Assembly: GCA_964413645.1 (NCBI GenBank) | Contig: CAYPSA010000003.1 | Span: 19,328-83,327, forward strand | Direction of reading: 5' to 3' | DNA from: an uncultured Gammaproteobacteria bacterium | GTDB taxonomy: Bacteria > Patescibacteriota > Microgenomatia > UBA1406 > HO2-37-13b | Length of the DNA stretch: 64,000 nucleotides | Part shown: piece after piece, positions 18,908 through 27,541 of the stretch | Layout: every line of letters begins with the position of its first letter | How positions within the stretch are numbered: position 1 is the stretch's first letter | Notes under the pieces: model-generated | The model's input: the letters and a program-made list of their open reading frames with translations, nothing else | The model's database searches: none | Told to the model about the DNA's origin: nothing | Position numbers and translations under genes: made by a program

Positions 18908-19204
18908 ATGTTTGTCGGACCATTCTATTTTGATTCAAAAGAGCTGTTTTTAATACTTGCCGCCGTGCTTCTTTTTACTGCTCGATTTGTAGGATGGGAA
19001 CCCGTGTGGTTTGATGCGGATAAGCTGTTAACGCTGTTGCTCCTTATAATAATAGTAAAGGGACTCGTGCCAAGTATTCATAATCAGGCGTTTTTTGTGG
19101 TGTCGATCGTGGCGTTGTGTGCAACCTTGTATCTCTCGTTACCACAGGTATTACTATTCTACTTATTCACATTCTTATTCTTGAAGATCTTTCGAGTGAT
19201 TTAA
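18908..19204 (+). CDS. small integral membrane protein (98 aa, ~3 TM)
   Basis: Three hydrophobic segments are present. No motif was recognised. Confidence 0.5.
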   Translation: MFVGPFYFDSKELFLILAAVLLFTARFVGWEPVWFDADKLLTLLLLIIIVKGLVPSIHNQAFFVVSIVALCATLYLSLPQVLLFYLFTFLFLKIFRVI

Positions 19205-19209
19205 AACAA

Positions 19210-19233
19210 AAAAGCTCCCTTGCGAGAGCTTTT
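19210..19233 (+). terminator. putative intrinsic terminator
   Basis: The sequence is aaAAGCTCccttgcgaGAGCTTtt, immediately after the stop at 19204. Confidence 0.45.
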
Positions 19234-19253
19234 AGGTGAGTTCGAAAACTCCC

Positions 19254-19396
19254 TGTACGACTGATAAACACTATTATATTAACAAATATTAAGGTTAATT
19301 GTCAATAGTAAATGTGGGCGGAGGGCGAGGCCTGCCTGCCGGCAGGCAGGGAGTCGAACCCTGACCCTTACGGGTCGATACGTTTATCAGTCGTAC
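19254..19396. other. 143-bp element bounded by 15-bp perfect inverted repeats, containing the family palindrome and a tRNA-like T-arm
   Basis: GTACGACTGATAAAC at 19254-19268 is mirrored by GTTTATCAGTCGTAC at 19382-19396. The interior holds CCTGCCTGCCGGCAGGCAGG (19331-19350). On the minus strand it also holds GACCC-GTAA-GGGTC followed by CAGGG-TTCGACT-CCCTG. No complete cloverleaf could be built. Confidence 0.4.
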
Positions 19397-19479
19397 TCCG
19401 AAACCGTTCGGAAACGCTCTCCAACCAACAGGCATACTATCAGTCAATTCTTAAATTCTTATTAAATTTACCAAGGTAC

Positions 19480-19565
19480 TTGTAAATTTCTTTCCCGTTC
19501 GTTATAATACTTCTATTCTCAAAGACCAGTGGCAGCCCGCTTAAGACCACTGCGAGAGAAATACT
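19480..19565 (+). promoter_or_regulatory. sigma70-type promoter and structured 5' leader of rplJL
   Basis: TTGTAA (19480-85) is separated by a 17-nt spacer from TATAAT (19503-08). The leader carries the hairpin CAGTGG-cagcccgcttaaga-CCACTG (19527-19552) just upstream of the rplJ ATG. It could be an L10-leader-type autoregulatory site, which is inference. Confidence 0.45.
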
Positions 19566-20084
19566 ATGCCAAACAAAGCTAAACTTGATTTTGTATCTTC
19601 GTTATATTCCACATTAAATGAATCTAAGAATTTCGTCGTAATCGGTTTTGCTGCAACATCGCATAAAGATTTGGAAGAATTGCGAAAAAGTCTTCGTGAA
19701 GCTGGTAGTAGTATGACCGTAGTCAAAAATTCACTTTTTAAAGTAACTGCGGAAAAACTTAAACACTCAGAATTACTTGAAACCATTGATTTAAAAGGCT
19801 CTTCAGCCGTTATTACCCTCCCATTGGATTGGACCGCAGCGTTAAGCGCATTCTACAAGTTTGCTAAATCACACGATACCGTCGGATTCAAAGCGGGAAT
19901 CATTGAAAGCAAAACATATGGAAAAGACGATTTGATGAAATTGGCTCAGCTTCCAAGCAAGGAAGAATTGGTTGTTAAGATCATTCTTTCACTGCGAAGC
20001 TCACATACCAGCTTGGTACGAAGCCTCAACTTTAACACGCAAAAATTAATACAAGTTATTCAAGCAGCAGCAAATAAAAGCTAA
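19566..20084 (+). CDS. rplJ: 50S ribosomal protein L10
   Basis: The protein is L10-like throughout (VVIGFAATSHKDLEELRKSLREAGSSMTVVKNSLFKVT...) and lies immediately upstream of L7/L12. Confidence 0.9.
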   Translation: MPNKAKLDFVSSLYSTLNESKNFVVIGFAATSHKDLEELRKSLREAGSSMTVVKNSLFKVTAEKLKHSELLETIDLKGSSAVITLPLDWTAALSAFYKFAKSHDTVGFKAGIIESKTYGKDDLMKLAQLPSKEELVVKIILSLRSSHTSLVRSLNFNTQKLIQVIQAAANKS

Positions 20085-20119
20085 TACGATTAGCATTTAC
20101 ACGAAAGGTGGTGACATGT

Positions 20120-20503
20120 ATGGCAGAAAAAAATATTGAAAAAATTGCAGAAGATATAAAAGGATTAAACGCGTTGGAACTTTCGGAACTTGCCAAACAC
20201 CTTGAGGATGTATTCGGTGTAACCGCCGCTCCTATGATGATGGCAGGTGCCCCAGTTGCAGCCGCAGCCGGTGAAGCAGCCGAAGAAAAAACAAATTTTG
20301 ACGTTGTTCTAACCGATGGAGGAGCAAATAAGCTAGGAGCTATTAAAGCAGTTCGTGAACTTAAACCCGACTTAGGGCTTATGGATGCGAAGAAACTAGT
20401 CGAAAGTGCACCTCAAACTATTTTAACTCAAGCTAAGAAAGAAGAAGCTGAAGCAGCAAAAGCTAAGCTCGAAGAAGCAGGAGCTAAAGTGGAACTTAAG
20501 TAA
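20120..20503 (+). CDS. rplL: 50S ribosomal protein L7/L12
   Basis: Diagnostic segments are IAEDIKGLNALELSELAKHLEDVFGV, an Ala-rich hinge, and KLGAIKAVRELKPDLGLMDAKKLVESAP...AEAAKAKLEEAGAKVELK. The start is taken at the ATG at 20120. Confidence 0.95.
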   Translation: MAEKNIEKIAEDIKGLNALELSELAKHLEDVFGVTAAPMMMAGAPVAAAAGEAAEEKTNFDVVLTDGGANKLGAIKAVRELKPDLGLMDAKKLVESAPQTILTQAKKEEAEAAKAKLEEAGAKVELK

Positions 20504-20547
20504 AACTTGACTTTAATGCCACCCGCATACTACACTGAAGATACCAT

Positions 20548-21096
20548 ATGGAATCTCAGGGAAAAATGTTGGTGGCATTGTCGGTTTTAGCGGTATTAAC
20601 CGGATTTTCTGCTATTGGCTACGTTGCGGTTCAGCAAAATGCGAATGTGGTTTCAAAAGCAGCTCCATCTGATTCAATTACCGATGCCGCAGCGGCAATG
20701 GCGTGTACTACCGATCAGTATTGTATAGATTTAGCAATGTCTTTTGGCTTCTGTATGGCGGGCTATGTTTGCCCGAAGAGCGGAGACTCGATATCATGTG
20801 TAAAAGGAATGTGCACTTTTTCCCTAACCGATTCAAAGTTCGTAAAGCTGCCAAAGTCTCTGGATGATACAAAAAACTGCTCGACTCGTACGGAAGGTGA
20901 TTATGATTGTAGTGGCGCCGTTGACTGTGCTGATTTGTCTCTTTTTGTCAGTGAATTTACCGGTCGAACTTCAACCAAAACTGCAGATATTTCTGGCGAC
21001 GGTAGAGTTTCACTTATCGATTTTGAACATGTCCGTGCACGAGTATTTGCTGGGAGTAGCTCGCGAGATGGCACCCGAGCCACGTGTCAACTATGA
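20548..21096 (+). CDS. membrane-anchored Cys-rich protein with a C-terminal dockerin
   Basis: It has an N-terminal TM helix (MLVALSVLAVLTGFSAIGYVAV). The dockerin pair is GDYDCSGAVDCADLSLFVSEF and ADISGDGRVSLIDFEHVRARVF. Confidence 0.65.
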   Translation: MESQGKMLVALSVLAVLTGFSAIGYVAVQQNANVVSKAAPSDSITDAAAAMACTTDQYCIDLAMSFGFCMAGYVCPKSGDSISCVKGMCTFSLTDSKFVKLPKSLDDTKNCSTRTEGDYDCSGAVDCADLSLFVSEFTGRTSTKTADISGDGRVSLIDFEHVRARVFAGSSSRDGTRATCQL

Positions 21097-21443
21097 AATT
21101 GAAGCTCATTATTATTGTTTTAGTAGCTGTGTTGTCGGGAATTTTTTTTTGGCAGACAACAAACAGATTTTTGTATCCCTCGCGGGCAACGGGTCCATCG
21201 CTAGTAACGCCTTCAATAGACTCTACGACCAATGGAGGGAGTGTGGGCGTGACTCCCGCGGCAGGTTGTTCGCTGAAAGGAAAAGGCGATTACAACTGCG
21301 ACAGTAAAATCGATATCGCTGATTTTGATTTGTTCCGACGAGAATACACTGGAGCACTCACTACGAAAGATAGCGATGGAAATGGTAACGGAATGATTGA
21401 CGTGGGCGACTTTGATATATTGCGCCGAGGTATGTTTTCTTGA
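21084..21443 (+). CDS. small membrane-anchored dockerin protein
   Basis: It has an N-terminal TM helix (LKLIIIVLVAVLSGIFFW). The dockerin pair is GDYNCDSKIDIADFDLFRREY and DSDGNGNGMIDVGDFDILRRGMF. It overlaps the upstream gene by 13 nt. Confidence 0.65.
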   Translation: MSTMKLKLIIIVLVAVLSGIFFWQTTNRFLYPSRATGPSLVTPSIDSTTNGGSVGVTPAAGCSLKGKGDYNCDSKIDIADFDLFRREYTGALTTKDSDGNGNGMIDVGDFDILRRGMFS

Positions 21444-21455
21444 TATAAATAAAGT

Positions 21456-23165
21456 ATGGAATTTACGCCGAAATTTAAACTATTAGTATTGGGAATTTTC
21501 GTTTTTGTAAGCACGGTGGTGTTTTCGATGGCTATTCACACGTATGTATTGCGCTCACGAGCTGCTGGCACTAACATGCCGATTCGAATTACTGAAAAAA
21601 CGGGCTCAATTTCTGGTACGAAAGACGTGGCTGTATCATTTACCAATGCAGAAAAAATTTCAGCATTTACATTGGTATTCAAAACAACGGGCGCGGTGAA
21701 AGTGCAGGGTACGCGAGAACCAAGTATTTTGGGAAACCCTTCAACTCCTGCAGGATTCTTTAATGAGTTTATTAAGACAACCGAAAAAATCTCTTATGGA
21801 GTTTTAAAAGCAGATGCTGAATTGCCTGCGGGAATTACTGTTCCGGTTACATTGCGATGCGAAGGTACCGGTGCGGGAACATTTACTATTGCAGCCGCAG
21901 AAAGTAAAGTTGTAGGATCGGGTCAAGATTATCCACTCGACCCAATTGATGAGGGAAGTTATACATGTGCTTCGGCAGGGACGAGTCCAACAAGTGGACC
22001 AAGTGCGCCATCGGGAATTCGAGCGCATTTTTCACCGGCTTCAGCACAATTAACGGTGGGGCAACAGATCACAACAAATTTATTGATTGATGGATTTACA
22101 GCAGAGCAAAAAGTTTCAGCATTTGATGTGAAAATGAAAGTAGATGCGGGAGTTGATGTGATCACCACATCGGGTACCAATCCTGATCCAACTGATAAAG
22201 CTCCAAAAACTACGATTGCTCCAACGGCACCTGTTCCAGGCTCATCAAATTGCGATTCTGCGGCTAATTGCGGCGGAGCGGGAGCACCCGGAGCGCCAGG
22301 AGCTCCAGCGCCTGGTGGTGGAGGTTCCACAACCAGTCCATTTGCTCCGGTACCGGTTACAATTGATGCATCAGATTGTAAAACGGTTATAAACGATTGG
22401 AATTCATCAACACGCATTTTACGACTATCGCAACTTTGTACTGCTCCTACACTGTTAAGTTCGGTTACCATGCCGATTACACTTAAAGGAGTAACGAACG
22501 GCAGTGGTACTGTTTCTATTTTGGAACATGAAGTAGTAGGACCTATTTCACCAGTTGGAGGTTACGTAATCGCAAAAGAATCGTTTTCATTCACTGTGGG
22601 AAGTGGGGGAAATGGAGGGCCGGGACAATCGGGAAATATCCAATTAAAACTCAAGGTGCGTTTGCAGGGAATACAATCAAAACCGCGTAATGCTAGTGGA
22701 TTGCAATTCAAGGTAGGTGCAGGCATAGGTTCGGCCGAACCTGTTTTTCAAAATGCTTCGTTTACCCCAAATGATTCAGGGCTATATGAAGGTAGCGTGA
22801 GCATAAACACTACAGCTGGGACTGGATTTTGCATTTATATCAAAGGTCCACAACAACTTCAAAAGAAAGTCTGTGATACTCAACCTTCTGAGTTGGCAGC
22901 AGGATCGTATAAAGGAGATAAGGGGACGATCACACTTAATAATGGAGAAAATGTCTTTGACTTTAGTAGAATCTATTTAATGAGTTGTGATTTGCCGGTG
23001 CAAGATGGTATTTGTAATTCGCAAGATTTAGTTAAAATTCGTGCGTCGATTGGTAAAAACGACACAGTTTCAAATGCGATTACAGATTTGAATAGAGACA
23101 CTACCACCAATGGAACCGACTGGGCACTTGCTCTTTCTTCATTATCAATAAAAGTTGACGATTAA
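21456..23165 (+). CDS. membrane-anchored protein with two cohesin-like modules and a degenerate C-terminal dockerin-like module
   Basis: It has an N-terminal TM helix. Module 1 reads VAVSFTNAEKISAFTLVFKTTGAVKV...VPVTLRCEGTGAGTFTI. Module 2 reads QQITTNLLIDGFTAEQKVSAFDVKMKVDAGVDV. A G/A/P linker is present. The C-terminus is CDLPVQDGICNSQDLVKIRASIG...TDLNRDTTTNGTDWALALSSL. Confidence 0.55.
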   Translation: MEFTPKFKLLVLGIFVFVSTVVFSMAIHTYVLRSRAAGTNMPIRITEKTGSISGTKDVAVSFTNAEKISAFTLVFKTTGAVKVQGTREPSILGNPSTPAGFFNEFIKTTEKISYGVLKADAELPAGITVPVTLRCEGTGAGTFTIAAAESKVVGSGQDYPLDPIDEGSYTCASAGTSPTSGPSAPSGIRAHFSPASAQLTVGQQITTNLLIDGFTAEQKVSAFDVKMKVDAGVDVITTSGTNPDPTDKAPKTTIAPTAPVPGSSNCDSAANCGGAGAPGAPGAPAPGGGGSTTSPFAPVPVTIDASDCKTVINDWNSSTRILRLSQLCTAPTLLSSVTMPITLKGVTNGSGTVSILEHEVVGPISPVGGYVIAKESFSFTVGSGGNGGPGQSGNIQLKLKVRLQGIQSKPRNASGLQFKVGAGIGSAEPVFQNASFTPNDSGLYEGSVSINTTAGTGFCIYIKGPQQLQKKVCDTQPSELAAGSYKGDKGTITLNNGENVFDFSRIYLMSCDLPVQDGICNSQDLVKIRASIGKNDTVSNAITDLNRDTTTNGTDWALALSSLSIKVDD

Positions 23166-23167
23166 TT

Positions 23168-24004
23168 ATGCATATACCAAAACGAGTGTGGGCGCTAACC
23201 GGAACCATGTTTTTGGGGGCTCTTGCGCTTTCGCTTGTGTATATGTATTTGCAACTTCACGCGCTTCCCGATGTTCCTAAAAATGCACTTAATCCGCTTA
23301 TCGTCGCAACACATCCAGGCACACTTAAACTTGAAACAGATTCTCGGGGAGTAGCATTTGAAGCTAACAAGGAAATTGAGGTTATTCTAAGCGGAGATTC
23401 CAAAGAAGTACCCGTTGGAGGGTATGATGCGGTTATCAACTATGACCCAACCATGCTCGAATTTATAAGCGCCAAAAATGAAATGGATGACTTCAATTTT
23501 TTCACAACTCAAAAAACAAATCAGATTACATTTACCTCGAGTGTTAAACTTTCCAGACGACCGTCGCCGATAGCCGACGGAATTCTTGCAACGCTTCGAT
23601 TTAAGGCTAAAAAGGAAGGGCAAACCATGCTTACATTTCAATATGAACCCGATGCTACCATAGATTCAAACATGCTTTCTAATAAAATGAAGGATATTTT
23701 AGGTACGGTAGGCGATTTGAAGCTTGTTATCGGAAAAAAACTTATTCTTACGCCGAATAAACCTGTTGTTTTTGAAGGTAAAACAATTACACTTGTTGAA
23801 TTAAGTATTCCTGCGGCTGATTGTAGTGATTGTTTAAGTTTGGTACGTGTTGCTGTAGAAGAAAACGGGAAAACCGATATATTATCGTATAAGAATGGGG
23901 GTATTGAGGGTTTAGTTGAACGGGAAAAGAATATTGGTGGTTCTCTGTATCGGCTTGAAGATGCGAACGATGCAGCGGCGATTTTAATAATAGGGAAAAA
24001 GTAA
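23168..24004 (+). CDS. membrane-anchored cohesin-like protein
   Basis: It has an N-terminal TM helix. Cohesin-like signatures are IEVILSGDSKEVPVGGYDAVINYDPTMLEFISA and GILATLRFKAKKEGQTMLTFQY. Confidence 0.6.
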   Translation: MHIPKRVWALTGTMFLGALALSLVYMYLQLHALPDVPKNALNPLIVATHPGTLKLETDSRGVAFEANKEIEVILSGDSKEVPVGGYDAVINYDPTMLEFISAKNEMDDFNFFTTQKTNQITFTSSVKLSRRPSPIADGILATLRFKAKKEGQTMLTFQYEPDATIDSNMLSNKMKDILGTVGDLKLVIGKKLILTPNKPVVFEGKTITLVELSIPAADCSDCLSLVRVAVEENGKTDILSYKNGGIEGLVEREKNIGGSLYRLEDANDAAAILIIGKK

Positions 24005-24005
24005 T

Positions 24006-26861
24006 ATGGAAGAGCCACAACAACATATAAAAGTCGAAAAAAAAGAAATTTTCATTATTGGATCCCTTATGGCAGGCGTACTAATGCTCATGGTGCTCAC
24101 GTCACTTCGCGACGCTCGCACCCGACAAAAGTCGCAAGCTCAAACACCGGTTGAAATAGGTGTGCAGGCACTTTCGCCTCTTTCTGAAGTAGAACTTTCT
24201 ACACAGTCGGCAAGCGTAGATTTGCGATCCAAAAACGATAACGAAACCCAAGTTCTGTATGATGCGGCAGCGACTGGTGAAGCCGCCGTATTGGAATTCA
24301 TGGATAAAAACCCCGTAATAGATGTTGCGGCACTTTCAAACAATGCCCAAGTTCAAGGAATTACGACTGAAGGTACTAAACAACGCGTGCTTCCATCAAA
24401 TTTTAGAAAAAATTCGCAGCTTTTGCGAACTCATACGAGCAAAACAAATATAGAACGAAAACAGATAAAACGCTACTATTACACGCAGAAGGTCAAAAAC
24501 ATACCTGTTTTTGGCGCAGAAGTTCGGTTTGATGTAGAAGGGGAAGATAAAATTGTTGGAGTAGATGGTGATTATACGCTCGATGAAACTATTACCGAAG
24601 CAAAATTGACCGATGAACAAGCTTTGGAAATCGCTCGAAAAAAAGCACAGGACAGTCTCATTGAAAGTGGTTCTAGTCAAAGCGTAATGGTGTGTAGCGG
24701 CCAAACACCTTCACGCCAAATTTTGAATAAAAAGCTTTTGGGTATCGGAGATGATGAGCGTAATAGATTAGCATTCGTTGTCTCATTTTGTAATAGCCCA
24801 ACCGAAGCGACTTTTTACCGTATATATAATATTGCGCTCGACACAGGTGAAGTTCTTTCAGACGCGAATGGAATTCTACATGTTCTTAACAGATCAATTC
24901 TGAATTGTAATTCAAGTGGGTGTCCTGTAGGAAGAAGTGAGGGAAGCTCTCCTTCGGGCGATGCGGAGGTTGATCAATCATACGACATTTTAGGCGAGGT
25001 TTATAACTACTTTTTCAATACTTTTGGTCGCGACAGCTATGATAACCGAGGATCAACCATTAAAGCAAAGGTGCATTTTAAAGGCGAAGGTCAGATGAGA
25101 TGTCCAAATGCTTTTTGGTATCCGGCAACTGAAATGATGTATGCTTGCAATGGATTTGTTACTAAAGATATTTGGGCACATGAATTAACGCATGGAATAA
25201 CGTCAAAAACATCTCGTCTAGATCCTCAAGGAAATATACCACTTGCAGGAGCGTTAAATGAAAGCATTTCAGACATGTTTGCCTACGCTCTTGACCCAGA
25301 TTGGACTTTGGGGGAAGAGAAGAATATGACAATACGTGACATGTCAGATCCAAGGCGCAAAGGACATCCGGATAGGATTTTTGCAAGTAATTTTAGCTGC
25401 CGGGGTGAAGTGCATATAAATGCTGGCCCTACAAATAAGGCATTCTACTTAATGGTTGAAGGTGGAACGTTTAATGGATGCACATTAAATGGGGTTGGAA
25501 GTGAAAAAGCTTTAGCAATAATCTACAAAACTAATACGGAATATTTGCGCTCAAGTTCTGGTTTTTTTGATTTTAATAACAAGGTCAATCAAGCCTGTGG
25601 CGAATTGTATGGCGCATCTTCAGCAGAATGTTCGAATGTAAAAGCTGCTTTGCAAGCCACCGAACTTGATCAAGATCGATGTGGAGCAGGGAAGTCACGA
25701 TCAACTCCTATTTGTGCTGGCGGTACACAGCCAACGGTTGGTCCATCAACTCAACAGCCGCAAGCTACCGTGGCTCCGACAACGCAACAAACGCAACCTA
25801 CTGTAGGAGCTAATCCAACATTACCACAAGGAGGATCTGTAATTGATCCTACCGCAGTCCCACAAGCAGTACCAACGGCTATTCAAACTTCGGGCGGACC
25901 AAGTTTGCAATTTAATCCTTCAACGCTACCTACAGAAGTTGGCGCTACCGTTCAATCAGATATTATTGTCCGAGCTGGTTCACAACAGATCGTAGCAGCT
26001 GATGCGCGTTTGGAATATGACGAGGATATGCTTGAGATAATAGACGTTATCGACGGAACTTTTTTTGATACCGTTAGAAAGACGTCTCCTGCTGCAGGCA
26101 AGATGTATGTTGGTGGTCTTGTGCGTGATACTTCTAGCCCAATTACGGGTTCAGGTATTCTTGCAAAGGTTATCTTTAAAGTAAAAGCGAATGGTCAAGC
26201 GAAAGTATCGTTTGCATGTGCTCCGGGTGTAATAACGACCGATTCAAATATCGGAACAGACTATCCGATTACCAAAGACGTTATACAATGTTCAAATAAT
26301 ATACCAGCTACAATTACTGCTGGAAAAGGGATAACGCTTGATTTGGCACTTAAATTTCAAGGTGTTGGAACTGCATTGGGCCGAAGTGGTGGGTCGATTC
26401 CGATTCAAGTTGGCATAACAGGAGACTCTATTCAAGAAACACTTACGCAGCTCGTGCAATTTAGCTCCAATAATGTAGGAATTATTAACGGTACTGTTTC
26501 ATTCCCAACGGCACCGGCAGGAAATTATTGCGTATTCATAAAAGGCCCGCTACATAGTCGCAGAAAAGTGTGTCACACAAAGCCACTTGAAGCCCAAATT
26601 GGTGAGTATCGTCGAGGGAATTCTACTATTCCATTAGCCATAGGTGAAAATGAACTTGATTTTACTGGAATCAGTATGATGAGCGGAGATGTTGATCAAA
26701 ATGGTGTCGTCAATTCATTCGATTTACTTTCAGTGTATAACAGTATCGGAAGTACAAATCCTTCGGCAATTGATCGATGTGATGTTAACTATGATGGTGC
26801 ATGTGGTGCTCTCGATTACGGCTTGATCGTGTCGGCATTGACGGTGAAAACGGATGAATAG
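24006..26861 (+). CDS. secreted/anchored M4 (thermolysin-like) zinc metallopeptidase with cohesin-like and dockerin modules
   Basis: It has an N-terminal TM helix. The HExxH motif is WAHELTHGIT (HELTH at 25179-25193), with the downstream third-ligand motif GALNESISDMFA typical of M4. A Q/P/T linker follows. The cohesin-like module reads VQSDIIVRAGSQQIVAADARLEYDEDMLEIIDV...GILAKVIFKVKANGQAKVSF. The C-terminal dockerin reads SGDVDQNGVVNSFDLLSVYNSIG and CDVNYDGACGALDYGLIVSAL. Confidence 0.8.
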   Translation: MEEPQQHIKVEKKEIFIIGSLMAGVLMLMVLTSLRDARTRQKSQAQTPVEIGVQALSPLSEVELSTQSASVDLRSKNDNETQVLYDAAATGEAAVLEFMDKNPVIDVAALSNNAQVQGITTEGTKQRVLPSNFRKNSQLLRTHTSKTNIERKQIKRYYYTQKVKNIPVFGAEVRFDVEGEDKIVGVDGDYTLDETITEAKLTDEQALEIARKKAQDSLIESGSSQSVMVCSGQTPSRQILNKKLLGIGDDERNRLAFVVSFCNSPTEATFYRIYNIALDTGEVLSDANGILHVLNRSILNCNSSGCPVGRSEGSSPSGDAEVDQSYDILGEVYNYFFNTFGRDSYDNRGSTIKAKVHFKGEGQMRCPNAFWYPATEMMYACNGFVTKDIWAHELTHGITSKTSRLDPQGNIPLAGALNESISDMFAYALDPDWTLGEEKNMTIRDMSDPRRKGHPDRIFASNFSCRGEVHINAGPTNKAFYLMVEGGTFNGCTLNGVGSEKALAIIYKTNTEYLRSSSGFFDFNNKVNQACGELYGASSAECSNVKAALQATELDQDRCGAGKSRSTPICAGGTQPTVGPSTQQPQATVAPTTQQTQPTVGANPTLPQGGSVIDPTAVPQAVPTAIQTSGGPSLQFNPSTLPTEVGATVQSDIIVRAGSQQIVAADARLEYDEDMLEIIDVIDGTFFDTVRKTSPAAGKMYVGGLVRDTSSPITGSGILAKVIFKVKANGQAKVSFACAPGVITTDSNIGTDYPITKDVIQCSNNIPATITAGKGITLDLALKFQGVGTALGRSGGSIPIQVGITGDSIQETLTQLVQFSSNNVGIINGTVSFPTAPAGNYCVFIKGPLHSRRKVCHTKPLEAQIGEYRRGNSTIPLAIGENELDFTGISMMSGDVDQNGVVNSFDLLSVYNSIGSTNPSAIDRCDVNYDGACGALDYGLIVSALTVKTDE

Positions 26862-27528
26862 TGTGATGGGTCAGCTTGACTTTTACGTCAAAATTTTTCA
26901 TAATCAATCTATGCAAGAAAATTATCACGGACGACTTTTTATGACGGGCATTTTGTCGCTCATCGTTATTTTAGTAATCGTACTTATTGGCGTAATTTTT
27001 ATAACGTATCGAACTGGGAATCCTGCTAATCAAACAACTGTTGATGTAACAACTACAGAAAAAGAGCCCGAGACCGAAGCTCCAGTTGCTGTGCAAGCCA
27101 AATACAAAGGAACATTTTTTATGCAGACCGCAAATGATGCTCGAGAATTTTCTGTTGGCGATCAGATCGAGGTTGAAGTATTTGCAGATTCCGATGGACA
27201 AAATATTGTTGGGTACGATTTAGATATTGATATTACCGGCGGTGCTCAATTTGCAAGCGCTCAGACCAGTATAGAAAATTTTGATATGCATCCAACGTCG
27301 CGTGAAGGGGGAGTGTATTTAACAAGTTTGAAAGACTTATCTTCTCAAACACCGACAACTTTTGCAGATAGTCAGATTGCAACGATTACACTCACCGCCA
27401 CTGCTCCAGGAACAGTAACTATTACGCCAAAATTTATTCTCGGCGAGACCCGACATTCGAACTTAATGAGTATTACCAGCGAGAGTGTGTTAGCTTCGGT
27501 TGAAGGGGTAACGGTAACTGTTCGATAA
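26854..27528 (+). CDS. membrane-anchored cohesin-like protein
   Basis: It has a TM helix (ILSLIVILVIVLIGVIFITY). A beta-rich module reads DQIEVEVFADSDGQNIVGYDLDIDITGGAQFASA...QIATITLTATAPGTVTITPKF. The start overlaps the M4 gene stop, and a later Met start is possible. Confidence 0.5.
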   Translation: MNSVMGQLDFYVKIFHNQSMQENYHGRLFMTGILSLIVILVIVLIGVIFITYRTGNPANQTTVDVTTTEKEPETEAPVAVQAKYKGTFFMQTANDAREFSVGDQIEVEVFADSDGQNIVGYDLDIDITGGAQFASAQTSIENFDMHPTSREGGVYLTSLKDLSSQTPTTFADSQIATITLTATAPGTVTITPKFILGETRHSNLMSITSESVLASVEGVTVTVR

Positions 27529-27541
27529 GCGGATTTTAATT

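Noticed and set aside
19300-19440. A complete tRNA, tmRNA or SRP RNA gene on the minus strand. The T-arm CAGGG-TTCGACT-CCCTG is present, and CTGTTGGTT resembles the 5' part of 4.5S RNA.
   Set aside because: I could not pair an acceptor stem or a 7-nt anticodon loop. The tmRNA 5' end would fall inside rplJ. The SRP domain IV motifs (GGAAGCAGCC and similar) are absent. The region is kept only as an unexplained TIR element in the findings.
20864-21307. A 147-aa ORF overlapping genes 20548..21096 and 21084..21443 in another frame.
   Set aside because: It has no motifs and spans two better-supported dockerin genes whose products have TM anchors and paired Ca-binding repeats.
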